From positions 99,860 to 163,859 of the IMG/VR virus record IMGVR_UViG_3300042090_002370: a stretch of 64,000 nucleotides of DNA, one strand, 5' to 3'. The notes under the pieces are model-generated. The model saw only the letters and a program-made list of their open reading frames with translations. It was not told the origin of the DNA and ran no database searches. Positions 9,805 to 19,512 of this stretch are shown piece after piece. Numbering within the stretch: the first letter of the stretch is position 1; each line of letters opens with the position of its first letter. The translations under genes and the position numbers were made by a program. Origin of the DNA: a virus.

Positions 9805-11238
9805 ATGGATTTCGAAGAGCAACTCCTGAACGGTATCCCGCACGCTGAAGCTGCAGACTTCTTCTTGCGCATCCGCGGCAAGGACAAGACGGCCATGAGC
9901 GCTGTGGCCTTCGACTCGGCTGTAGCTCTCATGCCAGAGGCCGAACGCGCGGTGCTTATGAAGAGCGCCAGTGCTGTCCTACACAACATTCAGCTCCCCG
10001 GGGTCTTGAAGAAGGCCAATATGATGGGGGCCCCTCCCACTCCACTGCCGCCCGGCGGCCGCGGTCAGAACATGTCGCCGGCGATGCCAGCGCCACTTAC
10101 GCCGACAGCGATGGGGCAGCAGAGCATGGCTCCTCCTGGTGGTATGGCTGGCGGTGGTATGAAGATGGGGGCAGCAGAGAAGAGCCCAGATGAAGTGGGC
10201 AAGGAGCGCGGCCGCGCTTCTGTCGCCGCCGAGTTCGAGAAGGAGAAGTACCATACGCACGAGAGTAATCGTAACCTCATCGGCCATCTTGGTGGCGCGG
10301 CTTTGGGCGCAGCCATCGGCCACAAGATGAATGGCAACGCGACCTCGAAGGTGCTCTCCACGCTCGCGGGCTCTCATCTTGGCGGGCTCGCAGGTAAGCA
10401 CTCGGGCCAGGAAGCAGACCGCAAGGAGTTCGATAAGAGCGCCGCTGCTTTCAAGACCGCGCTCGACGCTACGATGGGGCTCAATGGCCCCAAGCAACCT
10501 CAGCAGATGGCGCAGCAGGAAGAGCCGATGACGCAAGAGCCCGGGGCCCCGCCTGTTCCAGCAGGGCAGGAGGAGGGTGTCGAGCCGCGCATCCCACTCC
10601 CGGTGCAGCAGTTCCTCGAAGCTCAGCGGATGGGCGATCAGGCTGCTGAGCAGAGCCACGCGGACTTCTTGCGTGGGAAGCTCGAGGAGGCACGTGCCGC
10701 GCAGCAGCAAGCCCAGGAGGAGGCCGCTGCTCTACAGGAGCAGCAGGCGCAGCACGAGCAGCAGCAGATGGAGATTCAACAGCAGGTGCAGGACTCCATC
10801 CAGCAGGCGTCTGCAGCGCAGGACCAGGTGCTCCAGGAGCAGCAGGCCGCTGCGGCGATGCGCATGGCCTACCAGCAGCTTCGTGGGCAGGTTCTGCAGA
10901 TCGCTTCTGCCGACCCACCGGCATTGAGCTCAGACGCCGCCGCCCTCTCGGCGGCTAGTACGGCGGCCGCTCCGCAGAGCGGGCCAGGCGCCTCAGGCCC
11001 ACCTGAGCGCGGCCCTGCCGGCCAAGCGCCCAGCCCTGGTACTCCCAATACGCCAGCGCCACTCGGCGACGAGACTGTCACCGACAAGGACGGTATCCAG
11101 CCCAATGAGCCCACGTTCAGCAATGCGTCGCCTACGACTTCGGTGGGTCAGAAGGAACCGCAGGGTGATGCGAAGACCCCACAGAAGGAGGTCTTGTCGC
11201 ACTACCGCCCTTTAGACTTGAGAAAGCTGCTTCTCTGA
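9805..11238 (+). CDS. K-x-A-rich protein with glycine zipper and Gln-rich coiled coil
   Basis: RBS AGGAG; GGAALGAAIG segment; long Q/A/E run; ends over a C CCT TTA slippery site. Confidence 0.7.
   Translation: MDFEEQLLNGIPHAEAADFFLRIRGKDKTAMSAVAFDSAVALMPEAERAVLMKSASAVLHNIQLPGVLKKANMMGAPPTPLPPGGRGQNMSPAMPAPLTPTAMGQQSMAPPGGMAGGGMKMGAAEKSPDEVGKERGRASVAAEFEKEKYHTHESNRNLIGHLGGAALGAAIGHKMNGNATSKVLSTLAGSHLGGLAGKHSGQEADRKEFDKSAAAFKTALDATMGLNGPKQPQQMAQQEEPMTQEPGAPPVPAGQEEGVEPRIPLPVQQFLEAQRMGDQAAEQSHADFLRGKLEEARAAQQQAQEEAAALQEQQAQHEQQQMEIQQQVQDSIQQASAAQDQVLQEQQAAAAMRMAYQQLRGQVLQIASADPPALSSDAAALSAASTAAAPQSGPGASGPPERGPAGQAPSPGTPNTPAPLGDETVTDKDGIQPNEPTFSNASPTTSVGQKEPQGDAKTPQKEVLSHYRPLDLRKLLL
11208..11214 (+). 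other. Candidate -1 ribosomal frameshift heptamer C CCT TTA
   Basis: X XXY YYZ in the frame of 9805 ORF; the -1 frame is open into ORF 11271-11621. Confidence 0.55.
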
Positions 11239-11270
11239 GAAACTACTTCTCTGAGATTGCGAGGAAGACT

Positions 11271-11621
11271 GTGCCGGTTCTTCCTCATGCAGCTATCGGA
11301 GCAGCGATGGGAGCTGGGATGGGGCTCGCTGAGGCAAAGACCAGTAACGAACCATTGCGTCAGAAGATCGAGGCGCTCGAGGCACAACCAGAACGCGGTC
11401 TCAGAGGCACTCTGGACTTAGCGCAGGCACGTGCCAGGCATACGGTAGGTGAGTGGGCAGCAGAGCATCCTGGGGCAATGGTTGGTGCAGGCGCACTAAG
11501 CGGAGCGATGTTCGGTGCAAGGAAGGGGCCTGGTATAGTGAACGAGGCAAACGCGTGGGCCGGGAAGGCCAAGAACCTCGGTAAGAACGTGAGTGAAATC
11601 TTTGGCAAGGGAGCGGCGTGA
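11271..11621 (+). CDS. Glycine-zipper protein, probable frameshift extension of 9805 ORF
   Basis: Two GxxxG hydrophobic segments; frame open back to 11208. Confidence 0.6.
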   Translation: MPVLPHAAIGAAMGAGMGLAEAKTSNEPLRQKIEALEAQPERGLRGTLDLAQARARHTVGEWAAEHPGAMVGAGALSGAMFGARKGPGIVNEANAWAGKAKNLGKNVSEIFGKGAA

Positions 11622-12703
11622 TGCTCGACGAGTTTCTGGATACGGTTTACACGCACCAGGTTCGGAAGCAGGCCGAGTACGAAATGGTCGGCTTGCTCAA
11701 GGACATTCCGACCCTTGAGCTCAAGAAGCTCGCGGCCGGGACACCCGTTGCCGAGCTCTACGAGAAGCAGGCCTTCGGTGACTGCGCCCCAAGCACTGAC
11801 GACGCGCCGAAGACTTTCCTCGACAAGTTCAAGGACACGCCTCTCTTCGATGAGGCGCTAGCCCTTGAGCAGGAGAATCTGGAGGCCGAGGCCGCCAACA
11901 TTCAGGCACGGATGCAGCGTCGAGGGGAGGACCAGTTGTACCAGGTGCAGGACCAGATCCGTCTGAAGAAGCGTCTCCTCGAGCTGAAGCTGGCCAAGCT
12001 ACAGGCGGGTGGTCAGGACCCGGCGGCTGCAGCTGGCGCGCCACCTCCCCCAGGCGAGCCAGCGCAAGGCGCCGGCGCTCCCGGCCCAGTACCAGCAGAG
12101 GGAGTACAAGATAGCTCGCAGGGGTTGGGCGGCGGCGTGGCGAAGTCGGCGAGCGTGAAGAAGACCGCTTCCGAGCTCGTTCAGTTCTCCGATGCCTTTG
12201 CTCGAGCGCTCGCTCGCGCAGACTTTGAGAAGGCAGCGCGTGTAGAGGTACTGCTCAAGACCGGGTCGGTTGCTGGTGAATTGATGGCCAAGAGCGCTGG
12301 TCTAGGTACTATGATCGGACAGTCACTGAACGGCGGTACGCTTGGACGCGCAGCTGGTTGGGCGTTGAAGCACCCTAGCGCAGCGGGTAGTATCGTAGGT
12401 GGAACAGTTGGAGCCGCCGGCGGTGCCCTTGCAGGCGGCCCGGAGCATCGACTCTCTGGAGCCATAGGTGGAGCAGCACTGGGCGCTGGTGTTGGTCATG
12501 CAGCAGGCGGAATCGGGTCTGGGATGCTGGCAGGGCAGGGTCTCGGACAGGCGGCCAAGAGCTACGGTGGGGGCGTTTTGCAGAAGGCCAAGGGCATGAT
12601 GCCAGGCGCAGGTGCGGCGCCATCTGGGCCGGCACCCATTCGCAAGCGCAGGCCAGGCCAAGGCAACGCGCTGAGCATGCCCACCGTTCCAGACATGCGG
12701 TAG
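11618..12703 (+). CDS. K-x-A-rich protein with glycine zipper
   Basis: RKQAE, EKQAF, AKSAS, KKTAS, AKSAG; GGAALGAGVG repeats. Confidence 0.7.
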   Translation: MMLDEFLDTVYTHQVRKQAEYEMVGLLKDIPTLELKKLAAGTPVAELYEKQAFGDCAPSTDDAPKTFLDKFKDTPLFDEALALEQENLEAEAANIQARMQRRGEDQLYQVQDQIRLKKRLLELKLAKLQAGGQDPAAAAGAPPPPGEPAQGAGAPGPVPAEGVQDSSQGLGGGVAKSASVKKTASELVQFSDAFARALARADFEKAARVEVLLKTGSVAGELMAKSAGLGTMIGQSLNGGTLGRAAGWALKHPSAAGSIVGGTVGAAGGALAGGPEHRLSGAIGGAALGAGVGHAAGGIGSGMLAGQGLGQAAKSYGGGVLQKAKGMMPGAGAAPSGPAPIRKRRPGQGNALSMPTVPDMR

Positions 12704-12709
12704 GCCCTC

Positions 12710-13606
12710 ATGGGCGTCCTCATCGACATTGTCGAGTTCCGGTGCCGCTCACTCGACGTCGACAAGAATGAGCTCTCGTGGCAGCTCGGCCCCACGAGCG
12801 AGGACATCCTCGACTACAACTTCCAGGTGCAGCGGAGCGAGTCTCCGAACGGGCCATGGGACATCCTGACGCCGCCGTTTCAGGATGAGTACGTCTACAT
12901 CGATAAGGCCATCTACACGGGCGATCGGTGGAGGAAGTTCTACTACCGCATATTTGTGACGCAGGTGCCGACGGGGGAGACGAAGTCCTTCGGCCCCGTA
13001 TCTCAGGAGCCCGATGCCGACCTTGTAGCGCAGGAGCTGCGGCGTCACATGCAGCTGCTCTTCAAGGAGTTCGCTGGCCGGCGCTGCTGGGTTCTTCCGG
13101 TGCGCACATTCGGCCAGCGTTGTTCTTGTTTCAACCAGAAGCTCAAGATGCGGCAGCGATCAGGCTGCAAGCTTTGCTGGGACACGAGTTGGGTGCGTGG
13201 GTATCTCCACCCTATCGAGAGCTGGATTCAGGTCGACCCCTCGCCGAAGACGAAGCAGTTCACCAATGTTGGAGAGCAGGAGCAGTCGAACAGTACGATG
13301 CGGCTTGTGTGGTACCCGCCGCTCAAGCCGGATGACCTCATCATCGAACCGGAGAACCGACGTTGGAAAGTCGTGCAGGTGAGCCAGACGGAGCAGGGTC
13401 GAGCGGCGGTGCACCAGGAGGTACAGATTCACGAGGTGCCACCGAAAGACATCGAGTACGCGGTTCCTCTGATCCTTGACCGCGCGCTCAAGGACATCTG
13501 GTTCAACCCGAAGAGGAACTACACCAACCCGACGACCCTCGGTGATTTCCTAGACGCGGAGATGCCCGATATTATGAGGCTGTATACACCTTACCGGCCC
13601 GGATGA
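12710..13606 (+). CDS. Putative neck/head-closure protein
   Basis: Fn3-like N-terminus (W..., F.VQRSESPNGPW, YYRI); CSC...CKLC Zn motif; position before tail genes. Confidence 0.55.
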   Translation: MGVLIDIVEFRCRSLDVDKNELSWQLGPTSEDILDYNFQVQRSESPNGPWDILTPPFQDEYVYIDKAIYTGDRWRKFYYRIFVTQVPTGETKSFGPVSQEPDADLVAQELRRHMQLLFKEFAGRRCWVLPVRTFGQRCSCFNQKLKMRQRSGCKLCWDTSWVRGYLHPIESWIQVDPSPKTKQFTNVGEQEQSNSTMRLVWYPPLKPDDLIIEPENRRWKVVQVSQTEQGRAAVHQEVQIHEVPPKDIEYAVPLILDRALKDIWFNPKRNYTNPTTLGDFLDAEMPDIMRLYTPYRPG

Positions 13607-13941
13607 CCCCTACACTGTTTGCCTACCTGCCGAGAGAAGTAGCCGTCGCGCTCTGCAAGCTGGCCGAGGGTGCGCCGGTGCAGCCGCCACCTAGTAAGCC
13701 GTCGAACATCCTCAATGAAGCGCTGGGTATGGGTATTGGAACGCTAGCTGGGCAGGGCGCTGCTAGTTTCGGAGAGGCAGCGTACAAGCACTTCAGCGGT
13801 GGCAAGTCGATACCTTTGAAGCATCTGATGTACGCTGCCCCTGTAGTTGGCGCTGGGCTTGGTCTTGCGTACAACATGGCGAAGGCGCACCAGCTGGAGG
13901 AAACACAACGTGCCGTCGAAGGTGCAAACAACAAGTCCTAG
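13603..13941 (+). CDS. Small protein with KLA leader and two hydrophobic helices
   Basis: ATGA overlap; ALCKLAE then GxxxG segments. Confidence 0.6.
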   Translation: MTPTLFAYLPREVAVALCKLAEGAPVQPPPSKPSNILNEALGMGIGTLAGQGAASFGEAAYKHFSGGKSIPLKHLMYAAPVVGAGLGLAYNMAKAHQLEETQRAVEGANNKS

Positions 13942-14908
13942 TGGCGCCTTTGAGGCCGACAGCTTCAAGTATTCGCCGCTCGAGCATGTAAGAAGCCTCT
14001 TCGCTGGCTTCTATCAGGGCCTCTTTCAGGCGTCACCGCTTGGCGCATATCACTGGGACGAAGATGACCAGCTAACCGAGATCTACATTACGGGTGAGAG
14101 CGTAGCGAAGGCCGAGGTCATCGGGCTTCGCCCGGCGATCACCATCGTGCGTAGCCCCGTGCAGTTTTACACGCTCGGGCTCGACGATATGCTCGGCTAC
14201 GACTTCCGTACAGGGAAGAAGACGAAGAGCGTGCTGGTCCCCGGTACGATGGTCGTCAATTGCTGCTCTCGTGTGCCGCTCGAGTGTGAGCGCATCGCAT
14301 GGATTGCTGCAGAACAGCTCTGGCTTCATCGAGAGATGCTGACGCAACAGGGTTTCTTCGAAGTGGGCCGCCAGCCGGCTATCGGTGCACCGTCTGCGGC
14401 AGGCTCCATCATCATCTGTGATGAGAATGACGAGTGGTTTGTAACCTCAGTTACTTGCCCATACCAATTCTCTAGAACGTCGCAGTACACACCGCTCAAT
14501 GCGCGCGTGGTTCGTGAGATCACAATGCGTATGCGTACTGGAACTACAGCAGTACAAGAGCAATTCGTTACGACTAGCGGGCATGGCGGACCTCCATCCG
14601 CTCCAGGCGGCGGGCTGCCCTATGAGATCGAGACGCGTATGCCACCACCCTTCGCGCCACAAGCAAGCGACGTTTATGGAAACACGCCCAATCCTGGAGC
14701 TGGTCCGCCGCAGCTGCCGCAGGTCCCACACCCCAGGAATCCAGCGCAGTGGGTCACCGTGCGCGCCGCTCGCCCTAATGGGATTGCAGTACGACCTCCG
14801 GGAATGGGAGGTCAGCCTATTCCCTTAGCGGCCTCGCCCGTGGAAGAATCAATCGGGAACCAAAGAGATGCACACGGTCACTACATCCGCACGGTCAAGG
14901 TGCGATAG
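13910..14908 (+). CDS. Putative tail terminator/completion protein with Pro-rich tail
   Basis: GTG start after GGAGG; RPAITIVR motif; last large ORF before the sheath. Confidence 0.5.
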   Translation: MPSKVQTTSPSGAFEADSFKYSPLEHVRSLFAGFYQGLFQASPLGAYHWDEDDQLTEIYITGESVAKAEVIGLRPAITIVRSPVQFYTLGLDDMLGYDFRTGKKTKSVLVPGTMVVNCCSRVPLECERIAWIAAEQLWLHREMLTQQGFFEVGRQPAIGAPSAAGSIIICDENDEWFVTSVTCPYQFSRTSQYTPLNARVVREITMRMRTGTTAVQEQFVTTSGHGGPPSAPGGGLPYEIETRMPPPFAPQASDVYGNTPNPGAGPPQLPQVPHPRNPAQWVTVRAARPNGIAVRPPGMGGQPIPLAASPVEESIGNQRDAHGHYIRTVKVR

Positions 14909-14914
14909 GACGCG

Positions 14915-15064
14915 ATGACGGTCAAGGTCGACAAGCCCTGCATTACCGGCTGCGGTAGCATTCGTGCCGCAGGCAGGTCTCGCTGCGTCGAGTGTCTGGA
15001 AAAGCAGCGCGTCGCCAATCGTCGTTTCTACAATGAGCGCATTCAGCGCGGGCAGTGCCCATGA
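14915..15064 (+). pseudogene. Small Cys-rich Zn-finger ORF, apparently truncated
   Basis: MTVKVDKPCITGCG...RCVECLEKQRVANRRFYNERIQRGQCP*C: the stop falls inside a CxxC. Confidence 0.45.
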
Positions 15065-15139
15065 TGTGCCGCCTCGTGATTCGTGAACAAGACCGTCGTG
15101 CGAAGGCATTCAACGAACTGCCCATGAGGAGCAACTGAA

Positions 15140-18100
15140 ATGGCTGCTGAACTCCCGAGGCCCGGGGTAGAGGTTATCCAGGTGTTCCAAACGGTCACGC
15201 CGACCGTTATTACACCGACGCTCGTTCCGTGCGTTGTTGGTGTTTGCAAGCAAGAAGTCGACGTTCTGACGACTAGCGCGACCGGCGCCTCGGTTCTGAA
15301 TAGCGTGGCACTCACAGAGCTTCAGGCCGTTCTTCTGGCGGCTGCGGCTACGGGTACGCCGCCAGTGTATTCCGGGCTCACTGGCCTCAACCTCGACCTC
15401 TCTCTCAACAACGGCCCGCTCATCAGCGTTGTCTTCTCGGGTACGCCTCTGACCCCGGCACAAGTCGTCGCGCAGGTCCTTCTCGAGTTTAGCGCTGCCG
15501 GTGTCACTGAGTTCTCGGCGCAGACTTTCAGCGCTGCTCAGTGGGAAATCGTCTCGGTCGGTGCAGACCAGTACCAGAGCATCGAAGTTCTTTCGACTAC
15601 CGCACCGGCTGTTCTTGCTGCATTCGGCTTCGCCGCAGGGCGCGTGGAGACGGGGTCGCAGTTCTACGATCAGGACGCCACTAGCATCTACACGTCGAGC
15701 TTTCCTAACCCGAATAACAACCTCGACCAGCTTGTTATCGACCCGACGACGGTGCGCGTCTTCTTGTACCTCGGCGGCTCGAACGGTTCGAGCGCTTTGC
15801 TCGAGGCGTTGCAGACGCAGTCGTTCCTTGAGAACGGCATTGGTCTGCCTGCCATCATTACGGGGACCGTTAGCCTGGCTGGGCTCACGTACGCCACTAC
15901 GGCAACTGTTACTGGCTCGGCAAACATCTCCAGTGGTGGCCTCTATGGTACGGGCGGTTCGCTAAACGGCGAGACGATCATTCTTACTGTGAACGGCGTC
16001 GGGCCTACGACACTCACTCTCTCAGGTACGAGCAGCTCCGCAAACGAAACGAACCTTCTGGCGGCCATCAACACGACGTTCCCTGGGCTCACAGCTACGG
16101 TGAACGGCTCCAACTTCCTCGTTCTCACAGACAACACGCCGGGCTCGACGGGAGTCATCATTGTAGGTGCGGGGACTGCGAATACGAATCTCGGCTTGAC
16201 GGGCGGTACGACGACGGGTGTGAACGCAAGTTTCACCGGGGACACTCTCTCGCTAGCACTAAACGGTAACGCGCCCGTTACTGTGACGCTCGTCAACCCG
16301 ACAAGTGCGGCGAGCTTGCTCGCGCAGATCAATGCCGTCATCGGATCATTGGCGACTGCATCTGAAGCCGTCAGCACGAACTTCCTCGTACTCACCAACA
16401 ACAACATCGGCCCTGCGTACAGCCTTCAGGTTACTGGCGGTACTGGGCTTGCTGTCTTGGGGCTCATCACGAATGCAACACCGGTTGTTGGTACGGCTGG
16501 TGTACAGGCCATTGCAAGCGGCAGTGGCTCGGCGCTCACAAACATCCTGCAGTTCTACGGAGCGAACTTTACAGCTGCGCCAACCAGCGCCCAGGTTGTT
16601 GGCACTACTGCCATCTCTGGTGGGGTGACTGCCGGGCAGACGCTCATTCTCGATGACGGTACGGGTCCGCAGACGCTCACCTTCGTGGCGCCTGTAACGA
16701 CTTCCGCTGAGGTACTCTCTCAGATCAACGGGCTCTTTGGCGCAGCTGCGGGCGGACGCATTCTGGCAACCGTCAACGGTAGCGTACACCTTGTTCTGAC
16801 AAACACCTTCTTGGGTGTGGGGTCTCTGGTCAACATTCTCGGTGGTACGGCACTTACGGCCCTCGGGCTTACTATCGGTATCACGCGCGGCTCGCCGTTC
16901 GCCCCATTGCCGGGCGACACCATCACGGTCGACGGGCTGTCGTATGCGACCGTCACGCAGGTGGCTCCTGGCGGCAACGTCAACCAGCTGCTCATCAGTA
17001 CGCAGGTTCCGGTGTCGAACAACGTCGGAATGTCCTGGTTCATCACCGCGATGAACCTGAACGTGGCGAATGCCAATAGTGGCGTTACGCGGCCGTTCCC
17101 GAATCTCGTCGTTGACGGCTTCGGTGACGCCTTCCTCAAGCAGGATCTCATCAGAGACAACCACGGTAACCCGGTCTATCCATCGCTTGCGCAGATCTAT
17201 GTGCAGTACCAGGCGCTGCGCCTCGATGTGACCGCCATGGCCGAGCACCCGGCCCTACTGAGCTTCAACGATACGACAGATCTGACCAACCAGTTGTCGC
17301 CCATCACGACCGACAACCCACTCGGACTTGGGGTTTACTTCGCGCTGCTGAACGCGCCGGGCATTTCGGTTACAGCCCTCGGTGTCGACGCGTACTCAGG
17401 TGATGAGCCCTTCGGAACAGTGGACGCCTTCACCAGGGCGGCAACCTTCCTCGAGGGCTTTGAGGTTTACGGTATCGCACCTCTGACGCACGATCCCACT
17501 GTCAACCAGGTCTTCCAGACGCACGTCGACCTGATGAGCCAGCCCGAGAACACGGGCGAGCGTATTGTCCTCGTCAATCCCGAGACGCCCACCACGTTCT
17601 TGAACACGTTGGTGGCCTCGGGGACCAATGGAAATACGACTTCCACGTCGAATCAGTTCGACACTGGCGTCCACAACCTCACGGCCCTACTCCTCGCACA
17701 GGGGCTCCCGCCGGCGGGGCCGTACCTCGTTAACGACGGCATCTTCCTCGACATCGGCAATGGAGAGAACTACTCCATCGTCAATGTTGTGGGGTCCGTT
17801 ATTACCATCCAGACCTCTGGATTCCTACCTGGGCAGAATGACGATGGTTTCTACGCCACGACCACGCTTCCCTCTCCGCTCATCTCGGAGACCTTTGCTG
17901 TTTACATCCGCGGTGCGGATCTCGTGCTCACGAATGGGCAGCCTGACCTGACGAACATCGCTCTCACAGTTCAGAAGGTAGGGCAGGGTTTCAACGATCG
18001 GCGCGTCTGGGACATCTTCCCCGACTCTTGCTCGTATACCGGGTCGACCGGCGTGCAACAGATCATCGACGGCTTCTACATGTCGGCTGCCATCGTCGGC

Positions 18101-18589
18101 CTGATTGGAGCGCAGCCGCCGCAGCAGTCCTTCACCAACTTCCCGATGACCGGATTCACCAAGGTCAATGGGTCGAACGATACCTTCAGTACGCCGCTGC
18201 TGAACACCATCGCAGCCGGCGGCGTGTACATCATCGTCCAGGACGCGCCGGCCACGCCGCTCATTAGCCGCATGGCCCTCACAACTGACATGACGTCGGT
18301 CGAGACGCGTACCGACTCGGTCACGAAGATCGTCGACTTCTGCGCGAAGTTCCTGCGTACAGGCCTGAAGAACTTCATCGGGCGGTTCAACATCACCCAG
18401 GGGTTCCTCGATTCTCTTGGCCACGTCATCCAGGGGCTCCTCGGATTCCTCGCGGACTCGGGCGTGCTCATCGGCTCGAACCTCAACAACATCGTTCAGG
18501 ATACGACGGAGCCTGACCAGGTGGATGTGGATGTCACCTTGGACGTTCCGCTACCGTGCAATTACATCAGGCTCACGCTTGTGATATAG
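15140..18589 (+). CDS. Contractile tail sheath protein (1149 aa) with inserted repeat domains
   Basis: N-terminal RPGVEV; C-terminal SVTKIVDF..FIGRFN..VDVTLDVPLPCNYIRLTLVI typical of sheath ends; upstream of the tube gene. Confidence 0.85.
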   Translation: MAAELPRPGVEVIQVFQTVTPTVITPTLVPCVVGVCKQEVDVLTTSATGASVLNSVALTELQAVLLAAAATGTPPVYSGLTGLNLDLSLNNGPLISVVFSGTPLTPAQVVAQVLLEFSAAGVTEFSAQTFSAAQWEIVSVGADQYQSIEVLSTTAPAVLAAFGFAAGRVETGSQFYDQDATSIYTSSFPNPNNNLDQLVIDPTTVRVFLYLGGSNGSSALLEALQTQSFLENGIGLPAIITGTVSLAGLTYATTATVTGSANISSGGLYGTGGSLNGETIILTVNGVGPTTLTLSGTSSSANETNLLAAINTTFPGLTATVNGSNFLVLTDNTPGSTGVIIVGAGTANTNLGLTGGTTTGVNASFTGDTLSLALNGNAPVTVTLVNPTSAASLLAQINAVIGSLATASEAVSTNFLVLTNNNIGPAYSLQVTGGTGLAVLGLITNATPVVGTAGVQAIASGSGSALTNILQFYGANFTAAPTSAQVVGTTAISGGVTAGQTLILDDGTGPQTLTFVAPVTTSAEVLSQINGLFGAAAGGRILATVNGSVHLVLTNTFLGVGSLVNILGGTALTALGLTIGITRGSPFAPLPGDTITVDGLSYATVTQVAPGGNVNQLLISTQVPVSNNVGMSWFITAMNLNVANANSGVTRPFPNLVVDGFGDAFLKQDLIRDNHGNPVYPSLAQIYVQYQALRLDVTAMAEHPALLSFNDTTDLTNQLSPITTDNPLGLGVYFALLNAPGISVTALGVDAYSGDEPFGTVDAFTRAATFLEGFEVYGIAPLTHDPTVNQVFQTHVDLMSQPENTGERIVLVNPETPTTFLNTLVASGTNGNTTSTSNQFDTGVHNLTALLLAQGLPPAGPYLVNDGIFLDIGNGENYSIVNVVGSVITIQTSGFLPGQNDDGFYATTTLPSPLISETFAVYIRGADLVLTNGQPDLTNIALTVQKVGQGFNDRRVWDIFPDSCSYTGSTGVQQIIDGFYMSAAIVGLIGAQPPQQSFTNFPMTGFTKVNGSNDTFSTPLLNTIAAGGVYIIVQDAPATPLISRMALTTDMTSVETRTDSVTKIVDFCAKFLRTGLKNFIGRFNITQGFLDSLGHVIQGLLGFLADSGVLIGSNLNNIVQDTTEPDQVDVDVTLDVPLPCNYIRLTLVI

Positions 18590-18616
18590 CCAGCGTTACC
18601 TTGAATGCGGTATAAG
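18589..18616 (+). promoter_or_regulatory. Phage promoter motif GCCA-N16-GGTATAAG
   Basis: One of 11 copies; upstream of the HNH gene. Confidence 0.65.
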
Positions 18617-18638
18617 ACTCCCGAGAGGAGTCACCGCT

Positions 18639-19454
18639 ATGGAAGAGAAGCGACTCGGACGGAAACCAAGAACCTCATGGCCGCCATGCAAAGCAGAAGG
18701 ATGCGCGAAGACCGCCGAGGGCGGGTCGCATGGCTTCTGCCAAACGCACTACATGGCAGCTCGTCGCGGGCGGCTGGACAAGGCGACTGGTGCAGCGCTG
18801 CGTCCAGCGAAGCGCGTGCGGAGCTACGGCCCGGGTGCCCGCTGCGTGGTTCATGGCTGCGGCCGGCGGCCGAAGGCACGCGCGCTCTGCATCATGCACT
18901 ACAACCAGTTTGTGGACGGGAAGGACTTGGGAGTCGAGCTCGCCGGCGACTCCTTTGTGAAGACCGTATACCCACCTACGGCCTGCTGCATTCTGCCTGG
19001 ATGCGCCAACCGACCGGTCAATCGCTGGATGTGCTCCAAGCACACGCAGCAGAGGGAGGCGGGTATCATCAGCGAGCAGGGGGAGCCATTACGCCCATTG
19101 ATGCCAAACAAGGGGCCGAAGCGGAAGGACGGTTCCATCATCGATGGGGCAGGCTACGCACTGGTCATGCCGCCTTCTGGCTACCAGGGGAAGACCCGGC
19201 AGGGGCGCGTCCTGGAACATCGGCTCGTGATGGAGCAGAAGCTGGGGCGGCTCCTGGAGCGCTGGGAGATTGTCCATCACAAGAACGGTGTGAAGCCGGA
19301 CAATCGTCCAGAGAACCTGGAGCTCATGACACAGCGAGAACATCCGCCTGCACACGAGTACACCCTAGAGCAGGCAGAGCTGGCACTCAACGCGCTTCAG
19401 CAGAACGACCCAGAGGCGTACGTGGCGCTGATGGCGAAGCGGTTTGCTATGTAG
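18639..19454 (+). CDS. HNH endonuclease with N-terminal Cys/His Zn-finger repeats
   Basis: EHRLVMEQKLGRLLERWEIVHHKNGVKPDNRPENLEL; three CxxxGC...CxxH repeats. Confidence 0.9.
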   Translation: MEEKRLGRKPRTSWPPCKAEGCAKTAEGGSHGFCQTHYMAARRGRLDKATGAALRPAKRVRSYGPGARCVVHGCGRRPKARALCIMHYNQFVDGKDLGVELAGDSFVKTVYPPTACCILPGCANRPVNRWMCSKHTQQREAGIISEQGEPLRPLMPNKGPKRKDGSIIDGAGYALVMPPSGYQGKTRQGRVLEHRLVMEQKLGRLLERWEIVHHKNGVKPDNRPENLELMTQREHPPAHEYTLEQAELALNALQQNDPEAYVALMAKRFAM

Positions 19455-19459
19455 CATCT

Positions 19460-19492
19460 AAGAAGGAGCAGCCCTCCTTCTTTTTTAGCTAC
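19460..19492 (+). terminator. Terminator plus TAGCTAC
   Basis: AAGAAGGAG-CAGCC-CTCCTTCTT, T-run, TAGCTAC at 19486-19492. Confidence 0.8.
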
Positions 19493-19512
19493 CCGTCCGG
19501 TACGCTGGAGAT

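Noticed and set aside
14915-15110. Stop-codon reassignment suggested by CP*C
   Set aside because: TAG, TGA and TAA all end tightly packed genes throughout, and long genes are uninterrupted
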